From positions 11,346,001 through 11,410,000 of the forward strand of contig OX597823.1 of NCBI GenBank assembly GCA_951406725.2: a DNA stretch of 64,000 nucleotides, in the 5' to 3' direction. The first letter of the stretch is position 1. Each line of letters opens with the position of its first letter. A program made the position numbers and the translations under genes. The notes under the pieces are model-generated. The model was not told the DNA's origin, ran no database searches, and saw nothing but the letters and a program-made list of their open reading frames with translations. Source of the stretch: Octopus vulgaris (taxonomy: Eukaryota). Below, piece by piece: positions 26,156 to 39,504 of this stretch.

Positions 26156-27893
26156 AAAATTATATATATATAGCACACACGCACACACATGTATATAAAC
26201 ATGCACACACACACACACAGGCTTTATATTTTGTTTTTACACCCTTTATTTTCAAGCAAATAAAGGTGCCTCTGTGTGAATGTGCAACTTAATAGATATA
26301 ACACTTTACTCTGCCAAAACCAAGGCATCAGAAGTTTCCCCTTCCACGTTATTTCCCCCTACTTAGGAAAACATCCTCAGAATTGGTCCTGTTCTATCTT
26401 CAGCTTCTTTAAATAAAATTTGAAGAAATTGATGAGAACTTGGCTAAAGAGACAAATGCATGTGTTCAAACCTTTCAGATGACTATCACCCCAGCCACCA
26501 GATGTCGGTTTTCACTATAGCCATAGCTTTTAGTCATATCTTTCCTACACATGACAATTGCTGTTTTATATAAACCCACAAGTTCCTAATATATGGTGGC
26601 TAAAGTCACACTGCAAATGTAACTGAGTAAATAAAGAAAAGTAAAGTTTTATTAGGATATTCTCTGGATATCTTCTTTTATTTTATTTGAAAATATTGAG
26701 CCTCTAAGTGTTAGTGCTTGGCTGTAATTTCATGTGAATTGGACAAGTGATAAATCTTTCCCCCTGATAATTTGGCAATCTATTGCAGATAACAAAGACA
26801 CTCACGCCCTAATCCTGAACTCACAGCTTACCTGATCAGAGAAATGTAGTATAAAGAGGTCTTTTTAATAAACAAATGGAACACCATGTCTGGGTTTAGG
26901 TTAAGGACTTACGGGCAAATAATTCAAAACCCCACTATCTTACCTCTTATATTGATGACTCATTTTCTGTTTTCAAAATATTCTTTAATTACAAAATGAA
27001 TTTAACTGGTACTGAAATAATAATAATAATAATTATAAGGAAAAACCATCATCTGCATCATTTTCTCTTCTACTTTTCCATTTTTGCTTGGGTCTGACAG
27101 GATTTGCTGAAGCAGATTTCTCTAGCTTCATGCTCTTCCTGTCACCAACCTTCACCTGTTTCCAAGCAGTGCAATTTGTAACCACCACTATGATGCTGAT
27201 ATTTGTTTACAATTAGTACTTGATATCTAGACAAGAAGACTGAAACACTTACATACATACACTTACACACACACACACACACTATATGATGTGTTTCAGT
27301 TTCTGTCTACCAAATTCACTCACATTACTTTGATCAGCCTGGGGCTATAGTAGAATCCACTTGCTTCAAGATAATACCCAGTGGGGATGGATATAGAACT
27401 TTTTGGTTGGAAACCAAACTTCTTAACAACCACACATCTATGGTTGTGCCATTATGCAAAAATGAATGAATGTTGTTGTTAGTATTATTATTATAATATT
27501 AGTAAAAAGCCACAAATTTTACAGGAAGGTATGGTCAATTAAATCAACCTGACTGGTGCTTCAGTTTATTGACCTCAGCTAGATTTAAAATCAAAACTTT
27601 AATTAAAGTCCCATGTATCTTTCCTTTTTTGAAAGTCATTATTTATAGCAGGCCAAGCAAGCAGGCTCTCTAATGAGTTAGTTCAAGTAATGATCATTAC
27701 GTTGCAGTTCAGTAAGGTTTTAAAATGGATATTTTGGAATTATTTTTGAAACTTTTGTCTCAAAAATGGAAATATATGCTTTAGTAGCTTAGTAGCTTAG
27801 GTGATGGCTGCTGTATGAAAAGTCCTATTGTACAATTTCACGAGACAAGAATTTATTGTACAACCTCTTTATATGTAGTGCCCTATAGTATAA

Positions 27894-28098
27894 CCCTTTT
27901 AAAATTTAAACCAGCAATATCCAGCCTAAATATTCTACATGGTCAGATCCAACCTTTCACATGTATCTTCCAATGTAATTTTCAAAATAAACAATCACGT
28001 CATCAAAATCTCAAAGCTATGAAATAATGCATAATTAATTCAAAACAGTGTGAATAAATAAGCATCACATATGATAGAGTACTCTAAATGCTAGATGG
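27894..28098. mobile_element. piggyBac-type MITE family A, degenerate reverse copy
   Basis: taacccttt start; interior is the reverse complement of 16795-17014. Confidence 0.7.
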
Positions 28099-28327
28099 TC
28101 AATAACTCTAACACTGATGAGTGTCATTTTATTTTATTTTGGTTTGTTTTTTCCTGATAATCAGAATAATACTTGAGATAAATCTGAGAATTCATTACAC
28201 TTTTAATAGCTTTCCATGCAAAATGATCAAATTATACTGTTGTATTCTATATTGAACCTGCGATGACAATCTTAGCAACAGAATTCTCAATACCAAATCA
28301 ATTTTATAATGTTGGTAATAGTTTTGA

Positions 28328-28480
28328 GCAGAAAGTTTCACAAGGCCTTTATATTTTGAGCATGAAGTCCCATCCTCAGAAGTAAAATAGTCTGGGAAAT
28401 GTCCAATTATACAAGTTTTCTTTTTCTTTTGAGGATGGGCCTTCATGCTCAAAATATAAAGGTTTTGTGAAACTTTCTGC
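28328..28480. repeat. Inverted repeat, 55-bp arms with 43-nt spacer
   Basis: 28328-28382 pairs with 28426-28480, 4 differences. Confidence 0.9.
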
Positions 28481-30109
28481 ATTGTCTGAAGCTTTCCTAT
28501 TTTCCCTTCTTCACACAAACACACACACATATAATAGTTAGATGCCCTTTATGCTGCTAACCCTTATATGTTTCTAAAGTAAAAAGGTTTCTTTTTATTC
28601 TACTTGTCTTTGGAGGCTCAAAGTTGTGGGATGATTTGTTAGCAGGAAATTTGCTAGCTAACAAATCATTAGCAGAAAATATCAACAGTCAGCAGTTTTT
28701 CCCAAATCATTTTCAAGCAAAGATGCAGAATGTAAATATGTATATAGACACACACACACACACACAGACACACACACACACACATTTAACAGGTTCCTGT
28801 ATAGTTTCATTCTACCAGTCCTATTCACAAGGCATTAATCATTCCAAGGCTACAGGAGGTGACCATATGGTAACAAATTCACACAGCCATGCCTATGCCT
28901 GCAAATAATATATATATAAGGTACAAAATACAAAACAGTGTATCTTTATTGTTGTACCAGTATATATAATCATTTTCATGCTTGCTTGGGTCATATTGAA
29001 TTTGTTGAAGCAGAGTTTCTATAACCAGGTGCTCTTCCTGTTGCAAACCTATTTCCAAGCAAGGTAATTTTTCCACACAGGCATATTTCCATGGAAGATG
29101 AAAAATGAATGGCGCCACCTGTCTGATGGTGACACTTGCTTACAATCAATGTGTTGTCGAGACAAGGAGATACAAATACCACCCCCACCTAATTCATATG
29201 AGTCTTTTTTTGGTTACCCTCTACCAAATCTACTCACAAGGCTTTGACCAAGCTGAGGCCGTAGTAGAAGAAACTTGCCCTGAGTGACCCACTGTGGAAC
29301 TGAACCTGAGACGATATGGTTGGGAAGTAAATTTCTTAATCACTCAGCTATACCTACACCTATATATGTATGTGTGTCTATGCACATACAAATTCTGTTT
29401 AATCAAATTCATCTCACAATTGGTCAACTTGATTTTATAATAGATAACAATTACCCAAGATACTTTACAGTGGGAGCAAATCCTAAAGTTCAAGGGCAAA
29501 CTTGTTAAGCACATGGCTATGCCTACACCTATTTATCTGTGTGTGTGTGCACATGCATGCAGATATGATTGTGTGGTAAAGAAATATTTGTTTTGTAACC
29601 ATGTTACCTAGAGTAAATAAATGTCTTCTACTAAAGGCCTGGGTCAATAAGTGTCTTGCATTTTATAGACATGTGTTGCAAGAAGCACATTGTATAGGTG
29701 TGTGTATTTGAGCAAAATTACGATTATGTTGATATTCCTTGTTGACATTATGTCAGCTGCTGTGCACTTTCAATGACTTCTGATAAATTCCTGGCTTTGG
29801 GTAAAAATAAAATACTGGATAATTAGTTAATTATGATTTTATGTAACATATTTCCCTCTCAGATTTACATGCTTATTGCAGTGGTACTTCAGTATTCCTA
29901 AGTCTTGTAAAGAACTAGGAAGGTTAGCCTCTAACAAGGCCTTAAGGCCAGGAACTTTTCAGCACTCCCATGTAAAAAAAATATCTTACTTGAAAATGGT
30001 GGTCTACAACAGGAAATGCTTCTAACTATAAAAACCTGCCTCAAATAATTCCAGCTAATCCATACTTGCTCATTCTCTTGCTTTCTCAATATTTATGTAT
30101 GTATATATA

Positions 30110-30782
30110 CAGGGTGCAATGGGTAAATTGTCACCATTTTATATTTTTAATCTCACACATGCGAAAGAATGATAAAAACCAAACATCCAGTCAACATCAT
30201 GGTGTTTGGAGTGATCATTAGTGATGGCAATGTTATGCCTCCATTTATCTTCCCACATAGCCTCAGACTCAACACAGAAGCCTACATCAAGTGTCTGGAG
30301 GCGGTAGTGCTGCCCTGGTCAAGAGGGTGGCTGCTGGAAGGCCCTATGTCTAGCAACAGGACTCTGCACCACGCCACACAAGTAGGAGAACCCAGTCATG
30401 GCTGTCAGACAATTTCTGTGACCACATTATCCCTAACATCTGGCCACCTAACTCCCCAGACTGCAACTCCTTGATTATTATGTGTGGGGCACAGTTGAGC
30501 GAGAGACCAACAAAACGCCTTGTAACATCAAAGATGAACTGAAGGCAAGGGTTATGGCAGCATTCATCAACTTAAACAAGGAGACCATCCAGAAGAGTTC
30601 AAGAGATTCTGAAGTCGTCTGGAGGCTGTGGTTGAAGCCAATGGCAATTTTATTGAATAAATTTACTCATTAGTATTCCAAGATATTTTATTTAATTTTG
30701 GTAAATATATCGGTTAAAATGAGATGTCAGTGTTATTTTCATTTTTGCTTAATTTAGATGACAGTTTACTCACCGTACCCTA
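30110..30782 (+). mobile_element. Internally deleted Tc1/mariner element of DD37D (maT) type
   Basis: TA-flanked imperfect TIRs cagggtgcaatgggtaaattgtcacc / gatgacagtttactcaccgtacccta; peptide KHPVNIMVFGVI..QQDSAPRH..WPPNSPDCN.LDYYVWG; 37 residues between the last two Asp after correcting a 1-nt frameshift. Confidence 0.85.
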
Positions 30783-32090
30783 TACACACACACACACACA
30801 CATTTACAGTGTGACACAAATGTCACATTACTTTTAGAACTTTAACTGTTTTTAATAAAAAGAGGAAGAAATTTTCTCTTTAGAAATATTTATTTTGGCT
30901 CTTGAAAATTAAGTGACTCATGGAATATGACATTCTGTAAATATCCTCCACTACTTTGCAGAGTCAAACACTTTTGAGGCAGCGTACTACGACAGCTTGT
31001 AATGATTCTTTAATCCAATGTACAGGTGTGCTCTTCTCAATGTCCCAGATTTTCATTAAATAACTGCAACAGAAAGAATTAAGATTATAATTAAAAAGTA
31101 ATTTAAATTTTAAAGTGTCAAGTGATTTCAGTGGTGCCCTATGCTCATTTGTATGTATGTGTGTTGTTTATCAATTAAAATTCATAGAAAGGAAACCAAA
31201 ATAATTGAAAAATTTAGGGTTTAACCACAACGACTACTTTTAGGTTTTTTTGAAGTAGTTAGTGATAAAAGATATGAGATATAACTGACAGTGTTTATGT
31301 GAAGACAGTCTTATGTGATGATAACAAATACTAATATGCTGACAGCAGTGTTTATACAAGAAATAGTACTTATATCTTGACAACTGATTGTTTTAATCTG
31401 CAATAGTGGGTGTTTATAGGACAAATACTGATAGTGTGTATATGATGATAGCAAAGGGTGTTTACGTGATGACAAGCAGGAACACCACTTAGCACCAACA
31501 GTAAAAATAAGAAAAGGAAATAAAAAAAAAACAATACAATCATTTCCTTCTTTGATACACAACTTCTCTCTTGTCAATATTTAAGGCCTGGTACATTGCT
31601 CACTTTACCCCACCTCTTGATCTGTTGGGGGTGAGGGTTTACTCACATGCATTCTGGCCACCCCCACTGCCAATTGATTTTTTTTCTTAATGCCATGGAG
31701 TCAATGCCTTTCCTCCCCGGATTGACTGCCATAAAAATGTTTTTAACCACGTATATATCAACAGGAGTATAGTGAAAACCTAATATTTAAGAAGTAAATC
31801 TATTGTACAGATTGTTATACTACTAAACCCCCTAAATATGAAAAAGTACAAAAATATACTAAACATGTCTTCATTTGTAGGTAGGCTTAATCTGGTGTCC
31901 AGTTTCACACATCACCACCCAGTTCTTGGGTGCCTTTATCATGGTACATACATTCTGTTGAAAGTATCTGGGTCAGATCTCCTGTCTGAAGTTAACCTCT
32001 TCCTTTTTCATCAGTTTTGGAGGCTCTCAAAAAGGATCAAGGTTGTTGTCCTGCCTCCTATGAATAGGCAATTTAGAGAAAATAAGGAAC

Positions 32091-32164
32091 AGGATGATTG
32101 AATAAACAGTCTGTTATCATATAAACAATATATAATGACAACAGGCTGTTTATTCAGTCATCCT
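32091..32164. repeat. Hairpin, 30-bp arms with 14-nt loop
   Basis: aggatgattgaataaacagtctgttatcat / atgacaacaggctgtttattcagtcatcct. Confidence 0.9.
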
Positions 32165-33726
32165 TTGAAATATTTTCAGACATATATATATCTTTGGTTA
32201 AGAAAATAAATTTGGTCAAGTGTTGGTCAGTGCTGTAGCATCATCACTTTAATATCTGGAGTAGTGCCATTGGGATATATAGAATTGCCCTTTTGGCATC
32301 TATTCCCAACTTTTGGAACCTAGTCAAACAATTGTTATGGTGTATGTATCTATGCATAGTTGTGTCTGAGATCATCTGCATGTGTGTTTGTGATAACTAG
32401 AACCATACAACAGATTTCATGCCACACTGCTTACATGTTATTGTAATATTCTAATATTTATTGATTTCTTGCTGAAATTAAAATGAATTCTGGATGAGAT
32501 AAGTTGTATAAAATGTAAAGGATAGGTTTTGAAAATCCTTACTTATCCCACACACACATATATGCACATCACATACAAGTGGTGTTGTCTAATGTCAATC
32601 AGGAGGACTGTATAATATCACTCAAGCAGCCAGATATAGCAACCAAATTCCCTCAAATCATAGCTTACAAGAATGAAATAAGATAATATAGTCCAAGACT
32701 TACTGTGTGAATAAAAAAAGCCAGTTGATAATGGTTGGAATTCCTTTATCATATGTCTATGTATTAGGATCAATGCAATAAAAATTGAATTCTTTTATTG
32801 ATTTTATGTAGGAAATGCTGATAGTTTTCTCAGACTAGTGAAATTTATGTGGTTAATGCTCCTCTTGAAAAGTTGTAAGTCAATGGCTGTACTGATGAAA
32901 TTTCAGAGAGCCAATGTTCTGGGAATAAAGGTATGGGTACTGTTGTGAGTGTGAATCCTGGTGGTAGTGGGGAATGTGGACACAATATAGGTAAAGAGTA
33001 GAGAAAGATGAGTATGTTGGGAATGCTTGATGCAGATAGCCTGTAACCAGTTATTCCTGAGAAGCAGTGGCCATTGTAGTAGTCAGAAAAGACAGAAAGA
33101 GAAGAAAGTGTCTGTGAGCCAGAAGTTGACTGTTGGTAAGTGGCTTCATGTCAATCAGCCAGGTGTAGTTTTTCTTTGGATGCAGTCAAGGATGTCTGTG
33201 TGTGTAGCTGCCACACTCCATTGTGGGTTTCATCTGAGCATTGAGAAAAAAGATTTTTATCAGTTAAGCCCTGTGAAAAGTCATTCTGTTTTGTATAAAT
33301 TATTAATAAAAGTTTTCACTGTTTACATTACCATATCATCTGTAAGGACTCATAAAGAAGTAATATTTTTTCACAACTTTGAAAATATTGCTTGAGTTTT
33401 AAGGTTTCTAATTAACAGATTAATTGGCTTCAAAGAAGAGTTAATTTTATTAAAAAATATTGAAATTATTTATGACATTATAAAGTAAATAAATAAGATT
33501 TTGTATCATTGTAAATATAATAGAGAGGTATCATTTAGTGAAAGCTTATCACAAGTATATGTTAGTATGTAAAGTTAAACGTGGCTTGAGGACTTAATGA
33601 AATGCATGGACTGAATGACAAAATAATGAATCGGTTGATACATTTTAAGTTTTCATTTTCATTTTTATTGTTTCAAATTCTAATGGAGAAGAAATATTCC
33701 ATACTTGCCATAAAAGAGTTGTTTAA

Positions 33727-33945
33727 CCCTTTAGTGTTCAGATTATTCTATCAAACATAATGCTTATTGATTCCCATTGATTTGAATTAATCATGCATTA
33801 TCTCATATCTTCAAGATCTTGATGATGTAATTACTTAATGTAGAATAACATTGTAGGGTAGGTGTGAGAGCCTGGATCTGGTCAGTTTGAACATAAAACA
33901 GATTAGCTATTTTGGCCGGATATGGCCGGTATAAATACTAAAGTG
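33727..33945. mobile_element. piggyBac-type MITE family A
   Basis: TTAA-ccctttagtgttcagatt...; right end decayed. Confidence 0.82.
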
Positions 33946-34475
33946 TTTACCCCTAAGTATTAACTGACTGAGAACTATGATGAAAAGCACTCCAACCTTA
34001 ACTGTTCCACCTTTATACTCCTCTTCTTTTTTTGCAAGCATAGTGTAACCCAGATTATATTAGCCAATATATCTTTTCCTTTTTTAAGAATGATAGGGTT
34101 ATTATATGAAGGAGAACTTTTTTTGATATTTGTAACAGTTTAAGCAACCATATAGAAGTCTTTTTGCTGGCATGGTTTGTTCAATTTTCTGTTTTTTCAT
34201 CCCAGCATGGGTTAGATGAATATATATTACTGAGGTGTTGATTTACAGCTGGGTGCCCTTTTTGTTGTTAATTCTTACCTGATTTTTTAAAGCAAGGAAT
34301 GTCCTATTCCACATGTATTTGAAAGTACACTGGACAACTAACTGGTTGAAAGGCAAATCACAACAAACTTCACCACTTGTAGCACACATGCTTCTCATGA
34401 GCAGCATTCAAATCAAAAATGTTCAAAGGCACCCACCCCTATATATGTATATACACATACAAACACACATATAAT

Positions 34476-34770
34476 ATCACGTGACCACGTGACCGACCAG
34501 ACCATCAGATGTTGTTACACATTGCTGGTCACAATGCGTTTGCATTGTTTTAGCCTTCGAATGACGCCAACCAGCTGGCTAAGCAAGCAGGCCAACAGAA
34601 GAAAGAGTGGTGAAAGAGTACAGCAGGGATCACCACCCCCTGCCGGAGCCTCATGGAGCTTTTAGGTGTTTTCACTCAATAAACACTCACAACGCCCGGT
34701 CTGGGAATTGAAACCACGATCCTGCGACCGCGAGTCCGCTGCCCTAACCACTAGGCCATTGCGCCTCCAC
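34476..34770 (-). mobile_element. SINE family D (tRNA-derived)
   Basis: Reverse complement of 46569-46871 with a small deletion. Confidence 0.9.
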
Positions 34771-35739
34771 ACATATAATATATATACGCATATATATATA
34801 TATGCATATGTATACATATACACAATGGTCTTCATACAGATTTTGTTTTCTAAATTCATTCACAAGGCCTTGATTAGCCCAGAGCTACAGAAGACACTTG
34901 TCCAATATACTAAGCAGTAGGACTTAACTCAAAACCACATGGTTAAAAAGCAAACTTTTTAACCACACAGCTTTGTCTTCAAAGTGATAATTTTATAGCT
35001 AGCTCAATTGAGCCAAATAAAGTCCACTTATCATCATCATCATCTAACATCTGTCTTCCATGCTGGCATGATTTTGGCCAAGCGAAAATATTGTGATTCT
35101 TGGAAAGTGTTGACTGAAATCATGTAAAAAAAACTCTCCAGTAGCTTGACTGCTTCATCAAACAATAGAAGCTTTGGATTCAACAGACTGTGTGCTATAT
35201 GCTAAACTATGGCTGTGTATGACGAAGAGGGCAAGTCTTCACAGAAGAAATACAAAAATCAAGTCAGAACACACGTTAATTTGATGAGTTGTTAGGACTA
35301 AAGAATTGACAGATTTGTAAATACATGATTTCTTAATTAGGCATAAAACCTTGAAGTTACAGAAGCAGCAACGTGAAAAGTCGTGGAGTTGAGGCAGTTC
35401 TTGAGTGAGTAAGAAGAGATTTAACTGTGCAACTGAAGGTGAATTACGGAGCCAGTCATTGGAGATGATAAAATGTCATGCTTAGACATGTTAATATGTC
35501 TTGTTGTTTAGTTAATGACTACTCTTGGCTGTGTCATATAGTTTACAGTTCAGCATCATCTGAAAGAGATGAAATCTCTACCTTAACTAATTAGCTTCAC
35601 CTTCTCTTCAAGCTTTTGCTGCATGAATAAACAACTGAATCATAATTCACTTCAGTCAGCTCTACATGTAAGTCAGCAGAAAATGGCATGAATTGAGATT
35701 ATGTTTTAAATGCACGTATAATACTGTAATAATAATAAT

Positions 35740-36268
<529 letters not shown>

Positions 36269-36679
36269 GATTTCCAAGAATCACAATAATAATAATAATG
36301 GTATGGAAGAATGATTTGAATCTTTGTAGTAAGGGTTATATAGAATAATAGTGGTTAGCACTGGTAAAATAAAAATATCAAGTGCATTACTCTTATCAAA
36401 TCCATGTCATCATATAAGAATAAAACAATGTAAAATTATGATTGTTTTATATGGAAGTAGAAGATAATAACGAATAGTTGGCTACTGTAGTTGTTTAGGA
36501 TAAAGTTTGCTACTTAAAGAAAATGATGATGTGTAGAATAAATTCAGCTGATAGGAGTAGAAAATGTAATGTTCCAGGGTCTTATTATTGCTTCTCCCTC
36601 AGAATTCCCAGGAAATTTGGGTAAAAATGTAATAAAAAATTCCCAAGATTGTATTCTATCACCCATGAGTTTCTGAATG

Positions 36680-36848
36680 TCATCATCATCGTTTAACGTC
36701 CGCTTTCCATGCTAGCATGGGTTGGACGGTTCAACTGGTGTCTGGGAAGCCCGAAGGCTGCACCAGGCCAGTCAGATCTGGCAGTGTTTCTACAGCTGGA
36801 TGCCCTTCCTAACGCCAACCACTCCGTGAGTGTAGTGGGTGCTTTTTA
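36680..36848 (-). mobile_element. SINE family C 3' part
   Basis: Family match. Confidence 0.88.
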
Positions 36849-37148
36849 AACCAAATATAAATTATAAAATTGTCTCAAATGCTCAGATAGTTCAAGTATT
36901 GGCCTTTTATGCTATTGAAAAAATCTTTCACAAAATGCTCTCAGAAACTAGTACACTTGAAATAGTTGAACCTCTTTTAAAAGGAATAGACCTTCAGAAA
37001 AATAACCTCCGCAAATTCAATAATTAAAAGTGCTTTTATTAAGGAAACTGTTACAAATAAAAGTTTGGTTTTTTATTGAAGAATGGTTCACATGTAATGA
37101 TTAGTGAAATAACTAAAAGAAAGAGTAATTCTGGAAAATTCAGTATAT

Positions 37149-37435
37149 ACTCTTTTACTTGTTTCAGTCATGTGACTGTGGCCATGCTGGAGCACCACCT
37201 TTAGTCGATCAAATCGACCCCAGGACTTATTCTTTGTAAGCCTAGTACTTATTTTATCGGTCTCTTTTTTTGCCAAACCGCCAAACCGCTAAGTTACACA
37301 CCAGCATCGGTTGTCAAGCAATGTTGGGGGGACAAACACAGACACACAAACATGCACATACTTATATGTGCCACGCAGTGGGACTGAACCCGGAACCATG
37401 TGGTTCATAAGCAAGCTACTTGCCACTCCTACGCC
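37149..37435 (-). mobile_element. SINE family A with internal deletion
   Basis: Tail and head present, central part missing. Confidence 0.85.
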
Positions 37436-38163
37436 TAAAAAATATATATATTTTTTGTGTAATCATGTATGTAAGAATATAAATGCACATTGATCTGGTA
37501 AATTCTGGAATTTAAGAATGATAAGAATTTATAAAACTTCACTTGTTGAAAAAAACTATTTAACTTTTAGAAATAAAGCTTACTGAATTCAAACTTGGTT
37601 TGAGAAAAAAATTATTTAGTGATAACTGATAGAGAAAATGCCATGGTTAAATTTGGTTAGGATATTAACTGCAAGCATCAATTATATTATATGGACTTCA
37701 TTTGGTTGTTTGTGATATTCTTTCTAAGAAAACTGAATCAAATTGCATGCAATGAAGCTACTTTAAAACATGACCTTTGCAACAATTGAACTTAGTGAAA
37801 TAATATCAACTGCAGAAGTCACCATCAACCATTGGCAATGTTGTTGAAATGCAAGAACAATTGTCAGTTCATTTTGTAGGTCTCTAACAAAAATTTTTAA
37901 AGACCTACAAAATGAAACCTACAAATTCTTCAGAAAGCTGCAATTTATCCATAATATTTTATATAGTTTATTTACAATGTCAGAATGATTCTTCCTTCTT
38001 AGAACCTGTATTTTTAAAGTGGTGGTCAATATGACTGTTCAGATAAATTAATGCTTATCCACATTGGTGAAGCAGCATTTAGTACCAATTAAAATTGGGA
38101 CTGAAAAAAACCCCCAAAAATACTAGATGGGAAAGATGTTACGTTTCTCTCAAGAAAAGGCAT

Positions 38164-38498
38164 ACTCTTTACTCTTTTTACTTGTTTCAGTCATTTGACT
38201 GCGGCCATGCTGGAGCACCGCCTTTAGTCGAGCAAATCGACCCCAGGACTTATTCTTTGTAAGCCCAGTACTTATTCTATCAGTCTCTTTTGCCGAACCG
38301 CTAAGTGACGGGGACGTAAACACACCAGCATCGGTTGTCAAGCAATGCTAGGGGGACAAACACTCACACACATACACACATATATATATATACATATATA
38401 CGACAGGCTTCTTTCAGTTTCCGTCTACCAAATCCACTCACAAGGCATTGGTCGGCCCGGGGCTATAGCAGAAGACACTTGCCCAAGATGCCACGCAG
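38164..38498 (-). mobile_element. SINE family A, 5'-truncated
   Basis: Family match. Confidence 0.9.
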
Positions 38499-38790
38499 CA
38501 TATTTGTTTTTATTCTGGAAGTATTCAGTCAATAGAATACTTCCATGTTCCTCGTGCTCAGAGAATATCTTAAGAAAAGAACTGAACAGCAAAGGAATAA
38601 AAATTTGATCAGAGTGATGAAATATTTAATTACTTTCTTTTCAATTTTGGATGCACTTCATTCATTTTACATTTTGCCATTAGAAATTTTCCTTCAAAAT
38701 ATTGCACAGAATGATCATCAGTTTATCAGAAGAATCCCTTACTCATAACTGAAGCACCCACTCCATCAAAAGAAACTCCCTTATTACAGA

Positions 38791-39178
38791 CTAGCAGTAT
38801 CGCCCGGCGTTGCTCGGGTTTGTAAGGGAAATAACTATATAAGCATTTTTAGAGATGTAAAGTATAATAGCCATCTCAATATGGCTAACCACAAAGGGGG
38901 GGTGTTACTGTAGCTTTTTACGTTCTGAGATTTAATAATACATTTTTAGAGAGTTACTTCCCTTATATAATAGCGAAAAAATGCATTAAAAATGGGAAAA
39001 AATGATGGTAAATTTGTTTTTAAATCGTAGACTCATGCTAATACCCAGAAGGGCTCGATATGAATCACGACTATAAGATACCCGGTTTTGGTTAAACTGC
39101 ACCGCAAAATGTGGGAGTAGTTAGGAATCTAAATTGTAGGAGACAGACAGCACACAACCTCACTTTTATATATTAAGA
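38791..39178 (-). mobile_element. Non-autonomous Helitron (388 bp)
   Basis: Minus strand begins TC(ttaatatataaaag), ends in subterminal hairpin cccgagcaacgccggg then CTAG; inserted between A and T with no TSD. Confidence 0.9.
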
Positions 39179-39444
39179 TATTCAATGTTGCAGCAGTTAA
39201 CAAAGCTGTGTTTAAATAAAAAAAAAGATTAAAAACAAACGCAAAAGAACTTCAAATCAACATATGATCCCAAAGATGAAGATGCTTAGAATTACTGGAT
39301 ACAGAAATGTTGATCTGCTGAAATAGTTCTTTCCCTTAATACTATTCCTCCAAATTCCATCAAAGTAGAAAAAGTCATTTCTATGATAGGCTCTTTGTTA
39401 TACAGTTGTAATGAAGTTTGAGCGACAACATTATCAACAATATG

Positions 39445-39504
39445 TTTATTTATTTATTTTATCTAGTTTCAGCTCATGAGCTGTGGCCATGCTGGGGCAC
39501 CGCC
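39445..39504 (-). mobile_element. LINE family 1-type 3' tail stub
   Basis: Reverse complement reads ggcggtgccccagcatggccacagctcatgagctgaaac followed by an A-rich tail. Confidence 0.7.

Noticed and set aside
30806-31142. Possible second Tc1/mariner remnant
   Set aside because: Putative TIR match is weak and no coding motif was found.
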